Assembly (NCBI RefSeq): GCF_006345805.1
Contig: NC_043003.1
Span: forward strand, 84,444,001-84,508,000
Reading direction: 5' to 3'
DNA from: Octopus sinensis
Lineage: Eukaryota
DNA length: 64,000 bases
Shown here: positions 11,592 to 25,705 of the stretch, in pieces
Position numbering within the stretch: the first letter of the stretch is position 1
How the letters are laid out: the number at the start of each line of letters is the position of its first letter
Program-made: the position numbers and the translations under genes
Notes under the pieces: model-generated
Seen by the model: only the letters and a program-made list of their open reading frames with translations
Databases searched by the model: none
Told to the model about the DNA's origin: nothing

Positions 11592-11838
11592 TTCATTTCG
11601 TAACCAAAGCTATAGAAAATTTTCTCATGGGGTTAATTTCACAGTGAAAACAGACACAAGCTAATATTGGGGTCAGTATATGGTTTGGTTACACAGCTTT
11701 CTAGAAACAGCAGCCGAATTCATTTCACAACCAAAGCTACAGAAAGTTTCTCATTGGGCTAATTTCACAGTGAGACCAGACCCAAGCTAATAGGAAAGCC
11801 ATTATATGGCTGCACGGCATTCTAGAAACAGCAGCCGA
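11592..11838 (+). repeat. two diverged tandem units with a period of about 127 bp
   Basis: TTCATTTC..AACCAAAGCTA.AGAAA…TAATTTCACAGTGA…CAAGCTAATA…TTCTAGAAACAGCAGCCGA occurs twice. Confidence 0.85.
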
Positions 11839-12519
11839 GTCTCCCTCGAAATACATCAAGTTTTAAAAATATATAAAAAGACTAGCCATTTGCCTGTCTT
11901 TTGTATCACATGTGATGCACTGGATATATTTCCCTGGTGTCCATGCATCACATATGATAAACATGCCCAATTTTTTTTCAGCCACCTATCAACGGAAATC
12001 TTTATTTGACTCCGAAGGTATGAAACAAGGGATAACTAAAAGTCTGAAAAAAAAAGCATGGACATTAAAAAAAACTTACGCAAAGATGCTTTGGAGAGGC
12101 AAAAGCTTAAGCGATATAATCTGCAGCATACAGTGTTCGAAAGCAGACAGGATGGCCATAGCTAGAGCGACTTCGACCATCAAAGATTTGATCGAAAGTA
12201 GGGCTGACTTGAGTTTAAACAACAAGAAATACTATTACTACTAACATCAACATCAACACCGCCACCAACTACAAGAAATACTATTACCACCACCACCACC
12301 ACCACCACGACTATTACAACTAACAACAACAACAAAAGTAGCAGCAGCACAGACTTTATAACGAGGTGAAAAATCTATAAAGCTGACAATGGACGATAAA
12401 TGAACCTAATGAACGTTCTTGTAAAGGTTAGCTGTACCCAATTCCAAACATTAACTAATTATCCGCCATTTATGTATAATAGAATTATTGAAGTTATCTA
12501 CAGAGTAATAAGATCAATT

Positions 12520-12860
12520 AGGTTCCGTATGGTTAAGAAGTCTGCATCGCAACCACAAAGTCTCAGTTTCGATCCCACATTGTGGAACCTTGGGCAAACG
12601 TGAATTCTTATTTCCTTGGGCCGACCCATACCTTGTGAGAGAAATTGGGTAAACGGGAGCTATCTAGAAGCTCATTGAATTAATAGTACGTGTAATTCAA
12701 AAAGGTACAACCTTGGTGCACACTGGGTCACACTGACCCTGCCTAAGAATTATTTTAAGGTACAAGTAAGTGTTTGAAGAATACTCATTCACTCAGACGT
12801 TAATTCAATGAGCAGGCAACTCAGTTGATCGAACAGTTGAATCCTCGTCTTCAAACGATG
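12520..12860 (+). mobile_element. decayed chimeric SINE: family A head with family E tail
   Basis: GGTTAAGAAG…CCTTGGGCAA…GGGCCGACC…CCTTGTGAG, then TTCAAAAAGGTACAACCTTG…ACGTTAATTCAATGAGCAGG…GTTGATCG. Confidence 0.55.
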
Positions 12861-14416
12861 GAGATCCTCCAGCATCACCACCAAAAAGTATATGCATGTG
12901 TGCATTGTTGTCGCTGTTGTTTAACTCCAGTTGGTCAGCCCTGATTGAGCAGACCGTTCATTGAAAATGTTCTACCCATCACAATCTCATCATTTTTTTC
13001 TTTCTTTTTGTATATTGAGGACGACATCGTCCAATGTGCCCTTCCTATTTTAAAACAGTAAAGTGTAGCTTCAGGGAAATTTGACTGCTTTATTTAAAAG
13101 TTCGAGTCTGGGGCGATATGAGCTCAGAATGTAAACGTAGGAGACGAAATTATATAAAGCATTTAGTTCGGCGCTCTTCCGCTTCACCTAATTTACTGTT
13201 TTTCCGTCCGATATAAAAACCTATTATTGTTGTTGTTGTTGTTGTTAAGTAGTAGAAGTAGTAGTTTAGTAATTGTGGTGGCAGTGGGAGTGGTATCCTG
13301 AAACTGCGTGAATAAACTGAAAATATCATAAATAATTGGTTAGTATTGTAGCTCCGATTTCAAATTTGGCATATATCCTTAGAATACATTCCATCATTTT
13401 TACAATGTCTGCCAGAACGAGAAACTAATTAAACGTTTAAAGCCGGTTGCCATAATTTCCTGACTCTTTAACACATAAATAATCTGTAATAAACGCATAG
13501 AGTAACACCTCGATACCCACCACAGCTAGTAAAAGGCATATCCACTGCACCCCCACCCCACCCCCCAAGCAAGCACACGCGCGCACTAAAATTCTATAAC
13601 ATTTACAATATTGACCTACCAGCAGTCTTTACACAAATCCACCTGTTGCTTGCCATTGATTTCCTTCCTCTATTCTACGCCAATTATTATGTAAAGTCTG
13701 ACATTCTGAATATAGATGCTTTAAGTTAAGGAATTTCTTTCTTTGCTTTTCTTATGATTTATAGCAGTAGTACCAATTGCCAGCCTTCCAAAATATCATA
13801 TTGCGCAATACAAATATTACTCTATCTGCTTTTTGTAAAACTGTTTTTATTAAGAGGTCTAAGTCTGAAACATATCCAGAGTTATTTTCACATTGCATCA
13901 CAAACTCTTAATGTTTAATTTATTAGAATAACCGATTTGTCACCGTTGTCTATTTTGATAAAAATTGTCATTAACGCTAATGAATTTTTTCTCAACCTTT
14001 CAACACTGGTGTATCTCCAGTTATAAGAAATTATTTTTGGTCCATAATATGATGTATGTAAAGTGCCAGAACCAATACTGCAAGACACTTTTCAGACGTT
14101 CGAACGATTCCGCTGTTGACCAAAGCAAGATCTGAAGACTAAACAACAATAATTTCAAATGGATGAACCATGAGGTCGACCACAGTGAGACTTGACAGTA
14201 AAGGGAGGTAAATGAATATTTTGAGTGCTCTACTGATTTTGCCATACACCTTAGTTGTACACTAATGACAAATCTGGTAGGAAATGAAAGCGATGAAGAG
14301 TAGTGAACGTGTGTTTTGTTGTTATTGTTGTATCGTGTCTACCTATGCTAGCTAGCAGCTACCTGTCACTTCCCACCAGCCACTTCGTTATAATTTAATA
14401 GAAACATGTTTTACAG

Positions 14417-14446
14417 CAAACATTCCTTTTCGCTGTGAGAGCTGAG
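14417..14446 (+). CDS. candidate 30-nt exon QTFLFAVRAE (phase 0-0)
   Basis: Acceptor catgttttacag and donor GAG|gtgagc. Only one frame is open. Confidence 0.2.
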
Positions 14447-14851
14447 GTGAGCAGAAGGTCACTAGATACAAGATGAGATTAAACACACACACACACCTAC
14501 TTACCTACCTACATGCATCCATTCATTCATACACAACACACACACACACACACCACACACACACACACATCTGTATACATAAACCCATGCATATGTACAC
14601 TCTTTCACAGAGACATGTATCAAATGTAAGTTAGGTGGCAACACATTTGATGAGAGAAATAATTAATTTCAATCACAGCCTTCGTGATGAGAAACAATCA
14701 TAATCGAAAAGATTAATTGTGGCTTAATAAATAAATAACGCGGGAAAGACAGTTCCTAAAATATAACTAAAATTAAATATGGAATGCAAAGGGGCGCGAG
14801 TCTGATTTCTAGCAATAAGGTGACAACTCGTGACATTTTTTAGTCTTATTA

Positions 14852-15181
14852 AAAATTAAAGACTCCGCCGGTTACGACGACGAGGGTCCCAACTGATACG
14901 ATCAACGGAACAGCTTGCTCGTGAAATTAACGTGCAAATGGCTGAGCATTCCACAGACACGTGTACCCTTAACGTAGTTCTCGGAGATAATCAGCGTGAC
15001 ACAGAGAGTGACAAGGCTGACCCTTTGAAATACAAGTACAACTCATTTTTGCCAGCTGAGTGGACTGGCGCAACGTGAAATAAAGTGTCTTGCTCAAGGA
15101 CACAACGCGTCGCCGGGAATCGAACTCACAACCTTACGATCATGAGCCGAATGCCCTAACCACTAAGCCACGCGCCCTCAC
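14852..15181 (-). mobile_element. SINE family E (C-type head with a different tail), with a 12-bp TSD
   Basis: TSD TTAGTCTTATTA at 14840-14851 and 15182-15193. Head GTGAGGGCGCGTGGCTTAGTGG…GAGTTCGATTCC. Confidence 0.9.
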
Positions 15182-15829
15182 TTAGTCTTATTAGACATCA
15201 TCAGCTACATATAGTTTAATGTTGCTATAGATTTTAGAACAGCTAAAGAAGTATAAAAGAGTCGAGTGAATGAACATAGAACGAGATATAAATTAATAGA
15301 ATAACGGAGGAAAAAATACCCAGGGAAGACTGTCGCATGAAAACTTGATAGTAAAGTAGCAGCATAGTTGACGTAGTAAACCAAGTTGAGACTTACACTT
15401 TAACATTAGTCTTATACATGTGTGGATGTGTGTGCGTGTTTGCATGGATGAAAATGTATATATTTGAAGTCTCGTTGCCTAGTAGTTAATGCTTTGGGAT
15501 GGCGATCGTAAGTTCGTGGGTTGGATCTCTGCACAGAGCGGCGTATTGTGTCCTAGAATAAAGCACATAATTTCATGTTGCTCCATTATACTTAACTAAA
15601 AAGGAGTGAAGGGCCGGTACAGCCTCTCTCCCTCCAGCTCTCGCACATCCTTGATGTCCCCCTAGGTCATGAGTGGTGGAGAGGATGTTCGAGAGAATGG
15701 CCATGTCTGCCCGAGGCTACAGAAACACTTAAGATAATTAGCGAAAGTACGGTACAAGCTACCAAATCGTATCCCTTGCGGACAACGACCAAGCTTTATA
15801 TATATATATATAATCATAATACTAGGGTA

Positions 15830-15923
15830 AGATCCAGGAATCCATGTGTAGGAAGTTTGTAAGCTTCAAGCAGTCTATGACAGGTATAGAGAACAAAACG
15901 TGGAGACCGTACCATATGAAACA

Positions 15924-16006
<83 letters not shown>

Positions 16007-16270
16007 GTAAAAAAATACAAACTGGGACAAGAACGTGAAACATTTAGAAGACGATACAAAAAACACGGACGGGATATTCGAAGCCCTCAATCTTCAGTCA
16101 AGAACCGGATCATCTTCGCAATTTCGGCTGATTAATCTTGAGATTGCTCCGATCTGGCCAGCCCCAAAGGAAAATCTAAGCCAAAATCTAAGCCAAGCGC
16201 ATTAGATTCCTTGGAAGAAAGCCTCGAATGTATACAAAACAAGGACGGAAAAACGGACGATAACCCACTC
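15830..16270 (-). mobile_element. unclassified interspersed repeat, possibly a Penelope-like terminal repeat, split by (TA)n(TG)n
   Basis: Internal direct repeat CCGTCC.TGTTTT.(T)GTAT and a CTGAAGA…CGAA motif. The classification is a guess. Confidence 0.35.
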
Positions 16271-16433
16271 ACAAACATGTATACCTCATCGTCATCATCA
16301 CTAGGCGGCCCCAGTCAAGCCAGACAGCAGACCTCTCACTATTAGAGCACACGTTCCTAAACTAATGTCACGACAAGGCCGTACGTCTCAAACCCAGACT
16401 CACTGGTGTCTACATGTCAATGTTTCTGCTCAG

Positions 16434-16532
16434 CAGCTGGCCGTTGTCTCTAAAAGACAAATAGTATCGCTAACTCGGTCTTTGTTCTATATCGATGCCC
16501 AAGGAATTGTACTCTATGTTACTACAGTACTG
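16434..16532 (+). CDS. candidate 99-nt exon QLAVVSKRQIVSLTRSLFYIDAQGIVLYVTTVL (phase 0-0)
   Basis: Acceptor tgtttctgctcag (NAGNAG) and donor CTG|gtaaga. Only one frame is open. Confidence 0.3.
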
Positions 16533-16849
16533 GTAAGATGAGTTGTAACGCCCCTCAAATTTGTTATAGTGTTGGTGCCATTAAAATGCTTTACAAATAA
16601 ATTCACAATTCTTTTAATTAGCATTCATTTACACTCATATTCATGCACGCACTGACATTACTAAATGCTTATATTAACTGCGTAAAAGATACTGTGCTTT
16701 CACACGTCCTCTGGAAACAAAGGACGCCGCTTGCTTGGTGGCACTCGTTTACAATTATTACTCAGAGTCAAGACTCGTTACACACACACACACACACACA
16801 TACGTGTGTCTGCGTATAACAAGTCTCTTTGCTTTGCCTTGGCGTGATG

Positions 16850-16902
<53 letters not shown>

Positions 16903-17250
16903 TATATATGTATGTATGTATGACAGACTTCTTTTAAGTTACAGAAAAGAGTCATTCTCAGTTGATCTGAGAATATGATACAGTCACCAGTTGATGACAT
17001 TAAAATGCGTCATTGATAGATTCAATTGTGTTGTAATGTAGTCAAGGACATGAAACAATGTCAATGTATAAACTTGTCTTACTTGACCAAGAAAGGAACT
17101 TTCAATCTATCTCAAACAATATTATATTTTGAAAAATCGTATTTAATTTCTATTTTGGCAAGTAGTTATATTTAATAGTTGTAGCTGTACCCGGACTTGC
17201 TTGAGTTTTTTGATATCTAAAATAAATACAATTATTTTTAAAAGTTGTTG

Positions 17251-17409
17251 ACAGGCGTCGCTGTGTGGTAAGAAGATTGCTTCCCAGCCACATGGTTCCG
17301 GGTTCAGTCCCATTGCGTGGGACCTTGAGCAAGTGTCTTCTCCTATAGTCTCGGGCCGACTAAAGCCTTGTGAGTGGATATGGTAGTTGAAAACTGAAAG
17401 AAGCTCGTC

Positions 17410-17464
<55 letters not shown>

Positions 17465-17720
17465 GTTATATTATGTTAATGTATATATGTGTGTATATAC
17501 CTTTGTGTCTGTGTTTGCCCCCACCACCACTACCATCACCGCTTAGCGACCCGTGTTGTGTTTAAGACCGCGTAAATTAGCGGTTCAGTAAAAGTGACCG
17601 ACAGAATAAGTACGAGACTTAAAATATGGCCTAGGGTCAATTTGTTCGACTAAAACCGTTTAAGGCAGTATTCCAATGTAGACACAGTAAAAAAAAAACA
17701 CTGAAACAAGTAAAACAATA
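17251..17720 (+). mobile_element. SINE family A, full length, with internal (TG)n(TA)n
   Basis: GCTGTGTGGTAAGAAG…GGTTCCGGGTTCAGTCCC head, all conserved blocks present, AAACAAGTAAAA tail. Confidence 0.9.
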
Positions 17721-17804
17721 AATTTTGATCCGGAAATGCTAATTCACCTAGAATTGTTGCTTCCAAAGAATTTCAGAGAGTTCAAGATATGCAAAATAAA
17801 TAAA

Positions 17805-18640
17805 TAATCCTTTTTACTCTAGCGACGGGGCCTGAAATTTAAGTGGGTGGCGAGCAACAAGTCGATTTCATCGATCTCACTGTAATTATTTTATCAACTC
17901 CGAAAAGATGGATGCAAAGTCAATCTCGGCGGAACTCAGAACGTAAAGACAGACGAAATGCTGCTAATAAAAATCTGAGGCCTTGTGCCTATATTATTTA
18001 GAGGAGAGTCTAGTCGATTATACTGACTTGAATGCGCAACTGGTATTCATTTTATGTACCCCGAAACGATGTGAAGCAAAGTCGACCTCGGCGGCATTTG
18101 AACTCTGAACGTAAAGCCGGAATAAATAAATAAATAAATAAATGAATAACGAAGACGCGATCATCCCATGAAAAGATGTGTCCTTTTGAAAAACTTTCAG
18201 TTATAATGGTTTAAAACTCTGACTTAAAACTTGGAACATTCATTTTTATATATCAAGATATGATTGTTAAGAGGGTAGAGAGAAGTACACTGACAGAATC
18301 GTTAGAAAGATGACAAAAATAAATCTTGCTGTATTTCTTCGTTCTTTGCATTCAATCTCGTCAACTTTGCCTTTCATCCTTCTGAGATCGATAAAATAAA
18401 AGTATCAACTAAGTATTGAGATCGATCTAATTCCCTGTTCCCCTCGAGTCAAATTTTTGAACTTGAGCATATGATAGTAATTACTTTTAAGTCGGCAGAG
18501 CACGGTACACACTTAGAATCGTTAGGGTATCAGAAAAAAGCTAATTGCAGTATTTGTTCTGGCTTTTTACGGTCTGAGTTCAAACCACGCCGAAATCAAT
18601 TTCACCTTTCATTCTTCTTTCGTGAATAATATAAAGTAGT
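17805..18640. mobile_element. cluster of four decayed family B SINEs (two minus 17805-18125, two plus 18265-18640)
   Basis: Repeated AAAGTCGACCTCGGCGG and CTTTCATCCTT…GATAAAATAA cores. Confidence 0.7.
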
Positions 18641-19705
18641 AACGACGTACTATCTTTTCTTTTCCACTAGAATGAATCCTTTACATTGTTTTCCTTACTA
18701 AAACGATTAATAATGTTTAGTTGATTTCATCAATTATTTCACAACATTTGTGTTGTATTGCGCCAATGTGAGAAATGACCATTATTACTATATCGCGAGT
18801 ATTCTATATCATCATCATCGACGTTACAAAAAGCTAACGAAAGGGTCGCTACGTAGTATGCTTGAGCTACAATGAATATCAGCCGAATCTCCCCCAAATC
18901 GCATTACACCCTACTATCTTAAAAGGAAGGCACCCGAATAACGTAGTTCTACATCTACACATCCTGCAAAATAAAGGGCATGGCTATGATATATAAGTTA
19001 ATCTAAAGCTATTTATGTTTGTTTATGAATTTCATTGGCTTTTATTAAACAACCAATACAGGCAAGGAGCTGTACTGGTAATTTAATTCCAGGTAAGCTC
19101 TGATAAAACAGATCTTTGATCAGTCAGAGTTAAACAGAAGCTAAACAAAAAATATTCATCTTTATTTATGACAGATACGTGATCTCGAAGATTGGTCTTT
19201 GCAATGGTTTGTGTGACTACCAATCTTGATAGTATTGTTATTCATAATATATCCATGGTTACATTTCCAGGCCATGGCGAGGTTAAAAGTAAATTAAATT
19301 TCCATTTCATTTATGAATTTCCATCTCACTTATGGCGGAACATGAATAATAAATTGAAAGCGAGGAACTCGAAAGTCTCAGTCCATCGTGAAATATATAA
19401 TGAAATGAGTTAAGAACCAAGATATAGTTTTAATTGAAATACGTAAAACCGGCGACAATCAGATCACGATTAAGCAAATTCGAAACTAAGAACAAATACT
19501 GAATGCAAAACACGTATGACAGTAAATGTTTCTATTTTCATGTAACAATTCCTGTGTTGATCTTTGGTTCTTACTGGCTCGGCAACCAGATAAATAGAAC
19601 ACGAGACAGCCCATCATATTACCTGACCAATAACACAACAGAGCAATGAGAATTATTATTGGAACCTAGAAAACGTTAAAGTAGGCTGGCAATTCACTAT
19701 TTAGA

Positions 19706-19780
19706 TCAGGCATGGGCTACCTTTTTCGGAAAGCGGGTTTCATGAGACATGACTCATTATCAGGTGGGCTGCGCTACTTA
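19706..19780 (+). mobile_element. possible single hAT-type terminus
   Basis: CAGGCATGGGCTACCTTTTT resembles hAT-Charlie-type ends. No partner terminus was found. Confidence 0.3.
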
Positions 19781-20694
19781 AAAAATTAAAAGTGACGAGT
19801 TGCGCACTGTCAACCTCGCTCTCTTGTTTGTGAGCATTGTTTTTCCAGGAGCAAAATCAGGCTAAGACAACTGAGGATGGAGACAGATGCAATAATGCAG
19901 TGGATGACCAAGATGTCTTGTTGTCTGCACTTCACAATGCGTTGCTAATCCACTTTAGCCTCAGTTGAACCACAAAGGTTTCCCTCGCTAAGTCCACCGG
20001 ATCCAGTCTTCACATGCGTAGGTAGGGAAGACACAATAAGCTAATTAACACAGACTTAGATCCCTGACAGGTGTTACTACTACTCTGGATCAGAGGCTAA
20101 TAGTGGCTAAGAGGTGGTTCCACACTCCTCAAAATGTAGGAACTCCCGAACGAGGACATCACCACTGGATAAAGCTCAAAGTTATACCCAGGACTGGTTT
20201 GGTTTACCTCGACGTAGATATGCAAAATAGGCAGAATAAACATGACCAAAACATCTTTCAATAAAGGTGAGAAAGGTCTGCTCGATCGAGATTCACTTAA
20301 GACTTACACAACACCACCAACATCAACAACCTAACCACACAGTGAGTGTCATACTTGCTTGCCAACATGCAAATAACCACGAGAAGTACGAAAGATCTGT
20401 AACAAAGGCTACAAAATGAGGCAAGTGCTAAACCTAAGGGAAAAGACTATGAATTTTTTAAAAATCTTGTTTACAATTATATTGACATCGTAGTGCTGTT
20501 TCCTTGCTACCTTTCTCTAATTCTCCTTCTTTTTCTTTTCGCTATCTTTCAACTTCAATATGATTGTTAAATCTCTTGAGTCATCGCTTAAACAAGACAT
20601 GGTATATAATTAAAAGTAAAAGGCAAGGAACATTTCAGCTTGTACTGCAACATCCATTCACCTCCGACTTTCAAAAAAGGAGACGAACCATCAA

Positions 20695-20754
<60 letters not shown>

Positions 20755-20869
20755 CATAATGTGTGTATGTGTATACAAGCATATATAAATATATATGCAT
20801 ATGTACAATATATTTATACACATACATACATACATATATGTGCATTCATATGCATGTGTAGGCATAAAA

Positions 20870-20928
<59 letters not shown>

Positions 20929-21075
20929 CACACACACCGCCGGTCGTATAGTCTTGCTGCAGCTCTGGAATTAATTACCACCAAGCTAAAACAGTAACGA
21001 ACCACGTGTAATCAGCACCATGACGTAACAACGCGGCCTACATTATATAAAATATAACATGCTCTTCTTTTTTAG

Positions 21076-21142
21076 GAGATGGCGGTAGTTGCACTGTCTG
21101 TTTTCTCATATACTTCTGACACCAACTGGGATCTCAGTTTCT
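21076..21142 (+). CDS. candidate 67-nt exon [22 protein letters not shown] (phase 0 to 1)
   Basis: Acceptor gctcttcttttttag and donor CT|gtatgt. Only one frame is open. Bridges exons 16434-16532 and 25144-25314. Confidence 0.3.
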
Positions 21143-21339
21143 GTATGTACATACCTATTTCTGTGGTGTGTGTATTCTTCAACTTAGCTGTATAGGCGCA
21201 CACATATATGTGCGTATGGGTGTATGCGTTTGTACATATGAGCATGCTCATACACCACTCCGCATACACACATACGCATACAGGAATACACACTGTGTAT
21301 TGAGAGGGGGCAATATAATATGTATGTATGTATGTATAT

Positions 21340-22129
21340 CTATACACATACAATATAAAACTGTATACATAAATGTATATATATATACATAAATATATAT
21401 ATATATACATAAATATATATATATACATAAATATATATATATATATACATAAATATATATATACATAAATATATATATATATACATAAATATATATATAT
21501 ATACATAAATATATATACATAAATATTATATATATATATATACACATATATATATATTATACATAAATATATATACATATATATACATATATATATATAC
21601 ACACATATATATACACACATATATATATATACACACATATATATACACATACATATACACATATATAAACATATATATATACACACATATACACAAATAC
21701 ATATATATATACATACACACATACATACACACATATATATACACATACATATACACATTTATATACACATATATATATGCATATATATATATATATAACA
21801 TATATATACATATATATACATACATATATATACTCACATATATATATATATACACATATATATACATATATACACACATATATATATATACACATATATA
21901 TACATACATATATACACATATATACATATATACACACATATATGTACATACATATATATATACATATATATATATATACACATATATATCACACATATAT
22001 ATACATATGTATATATATATGTATGTTTATTTATACATATATGTACGTGTATGTATGTGTATAATTATATATATATACACGCACCACACACACACATCAC
22101 ACATATGTATATGTATGTTTTTATATATA

Positions 22130-22183
<54 letters not shown>

Positions 22184-22763
22184 TTCACATTTACACAGGT
22201 TGGTGTGAGTGCGCACCAGTTGGTATGTCTGTATTTATTCATGTATATGTGTATGTATGTATGTCTGTATTTATGTATGTATGTATGTATGTATGAATGT
22301 ATGTATGTAACAGCATCTAGATGCACTCGCCTATGACGTATCTCTCCTCTATACAAACATCGCTGAACTCCCCGTATAAGCAACGCAACTCTCTTAAGAC
22401 CCACTTAAAACCGACACAGAAACTTAATATCAACGTCAAGGCTTGACGTTGGCGGCAGCAGCTACAGTGATGGCGGGCGTCGGCTCAAATAGTAGAAAGT
22501 ACAATATATATATATATATTGTAATATATATATATATATATTACAGTATCTACTTTTGTGGCACTCGATTCCGATGTCTAAATGTGCTAGAATTAACTTC
22601 GCTTTTGAAACAAATAAAATTGGAAATAAATGTGATATTAAATAAAAAATGAAAATAAAAACTCAAAGAAAATGATCTCCTTATGTACTTGGGATTTTTG
22701 ATTGTGTCTCTCTCTACATATGAGAGATATTTGTTTCGTGCGTGTATACGTACGTATAATATA

Positions 22764-22814
<51 letters not shown>

Positions 22815-23311
22815 CATATATATACATATATATATATATACATACATATACATATATATATACATATATACATACATCTACATATATATACATACATACA
22901 TACAATATATATATACATATATGTATACATACATACATATATATATATACGCATACTACATATATATTATATACATATGTATACATACATACATAATATA
23001 TATACATACATACATACATATATATATACATATATATATACATACTACATACATATATATATACATATGTATACATACATACATACATATATATATACAT
23101 ATATGTATACATACATACATATATATATATACATATATGTATACACATAATATATATTACATATAGTATACATACATACATATATAATACATATATGTAT
23201 ACATACATACATATATATAATATACATAATATATATACATATACATACATACATATATATATACATATACATGCATGCATGCATACATACATACATACAT
23301 ACATACATACA

Positions 23312-23347
<36 letters not shown>

Positions 23348-23413
23348 TATATAAAAACACACATACATATATAGAGAGAGAATACACATAAATACATATA
23401 TATACAGATATTT

Positions 23414-23446
<33 letters not shown>

Positions 23447-23580
23447 CACACATATATGAATGTATATATACGCATATATAAATATGTGTATATACACATA
23501 AATATATATATGTATACATACATATATTTTATGTGCATATATATAAATGTATATCTATACATACATGAATATATCCGTGT
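21340..23580. repeat. very long compound (TA)n/(CA)n/(CATA)n microsatellite field with a unique island at about 22310-22500
   Basis: Directly visible. It is the source of the YI/HT/CV ORFs in the track. Confidence 0.95.
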
Positions 23581-24199
23581 GTGAGTGTTGTATGTATGTA
23601 TAAACGAGTGTATATGTGTGTGATATTGAGTGTATTAGGCCAGTCGACGGATGTGATGTACCATTGTTTCCGTCAGCCTGGCTCTGGGACTGATTTGTAT
23701 GTGACAGGCACTTTGAAGTTTGGAACTTGTTGGGACATTAAAATGCGCACCTTGTCTGTCCTGCCAGAATTTCTTTCCCATTTTTTATTTCTATTTATTT
23801 ATTTATATTCATTTATTGTAATTTTGCTCTTGGGATGAATTGGTCACTTCCTATCTTTTCAGAAATATGCACGAAATAAAAGCAATTGGCCAGAATCCTA
23901 TCCAAAATAGGGGTCAAATTAGAGGTGACATCGTAACATTCTATTTGTCCCACCACCACCGCTTGACAACCGGCAAAAGGAGTCAGATAGAATAAGTACT
24001 AGGCTCAAAAAGTAAGTCCTGAGGTCGACTTTTTCAACTAAAACCCTTCAAGGTGGTGCTCCAGCATGGCCGCAGTCAATCAAGTGACTAAAACCAGTAA
24101 AGGAATAAAACAAATGAATGAACTGGTTACACTTATACAATGTAAAATGTGTTACCAATTTTTTTTTATAGAATTCCTATTGATATTTAATTATAAAGA

Positions 24200-24415
24200 G
24201 AGCGACAAGCTAGCAGAATCGTTGGCGTGCCGGACGAAATGCTTAGCGGCATTTCATCCGCTTTATGTTCTGATGTTCAAATTCCGCCGGGGTTGACTTT
24301 GTCGTTTATCCTTTCGGGGTGGATAAAATAAGTACCAGCTGAACACTAAGGTCGATTTAATCGACTTAGCCCCTCCCCAAAATTACTGGCCTTGTGCCAG
24401 AATTTGAAACCAATA
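24200..24415 (+). mobile_element. SINE family B (preceded by a family A 3' half at 23945-24120)
   Basis: AGCTAGCAGAATCGTTGGCGTGCCGGACGAAATGCTTAGCGG…CCTTTCGGGGTGGATAAAATAAGTACCAG. Confidence 0.85.
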
Positions 24416-25143
24416 CTTAATTATAAAAATATGCGACTTGTTTTTTTAACAGCGAATGACTAAGGAGATCCAGCCAAGTAAAATAGGAATCAAACGATCC
24501 ATAGGTAAAAGATGGGTGAGAGACATTAGTTTACAGTGAACGGGTTAAAAAACAACATTCACATGCAACCCCACTACTCTGTAAACTTGGTAAGAAAGTA
24601 TGAAGAGGAATTCGGTCTGCAGCAAGAATTTGGATCACACGCCAGTATCGTACTTTCCACCATGTTTTTCCCTGCAGGTGATATGGCAAGGCACCAACCA
24701 GATCAATTATACTAATCTTGGAGGGCTGTAAATACCATGGGTACTGCCCTGACTAACTTACATAAAGGAATATATGCGCTCTTTCAATCCTTCATTATGA
24801 TTGTGTACTAAATTATGAAGTCAAATGCTTACCCGTTCCAGACACGTGTCCAACGTGCGTACGTGTATGTGCGAGTGTGTGTACGTGTATGTGCGAGCGC
24901 ATGTGTGTCTGTAATTAAATTCCGGAGAAGTAAACAGCTAAGATAATTGGTCGACTAATAAGAAATCCTTCAAATTGCGATTATGACATACCATATCTCA
25001 GCATTAACAGGGCCAAATGAGAATGTAATCATGCAGCATGCTAGATATAATAGCCACATTTCCCATTCCACTTGAAGGAAAACTTGAATTGCATGCCTAA
25101 TTTCGCGAGGATAACAGCATGCATAATTTGTTGTTCTTTTTAG

Positions 25144-25314
25144 TAGTACTGCCCGTCATGATGAGCAATGTCTCATGCGATCTGCTCCTCGATAAAGATT
25201 GCCCGCACTTGCTCGAGACGGTTGTTTTACTTTCAAGAAATAACACCCCAAATAAAGAAGACACTAGACGATGTTTTTCCAGAAACACTGTGTTAAAAAA
25301 AAATAACACAAATG
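25144..25314 (+). CDS. candidate 171-nt exon (phase 1-1), or first coding exon from ATG 25119 with a signal-peptide-like N-terminus
   Basis: Acceptor ttgttgttctttttag (tagtag) and donor G|gtaaca. Only one frame is open: VLPVMMSNVSCDLLLDKDCPHLLETVVLLSRNNTPNKEDTRRCFSRNTVLKKNNTN. Confidence 0.35.
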
Positions 25315-25670
25315 GTAACATTTAGAATACCGTTCATCATAGGTGACCTCAAACAGGGCTGACTTGCGACTAAACCGCAACAGCAATTTCTAAAACCGCT
25401 ATAGTATAATAGACGTCAACAATGAGTGCGGAGGTGGACGGACAACAGCAGCAGTGGCAGCAACAACAACATTGCAATTAATTTACATTTATGCTAATTA
25501 TAGAATAATTAGGTAAGTCTGGCATTTTGAAATTGCATTAGAGTATATTTACTGCTAAGTAACCCAGATAGTTAACTTATTGAAGTATAGACAATTTTAA
25601 CCTATTGTCTGCAACATATCGAAGTTCTTCTATTGTGTGTATGCGTGCGCATATATATATATATATATAT

Positions 25671-25705
<35 letters not shown>

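Noticed and set aside
21072-23562. Long ORFs rich in Y/I/M/C/V/H/T (up to 282 aa), superficially reflectin-like, here and at 33364-33720, 39000-40684, 50784-51398 and 59976-63988
   Set aside because: They are translations of (TA)n, (TG)n and (TATG)n arrays, which lack stops in several frames on both strands. No reflectin motif is present.
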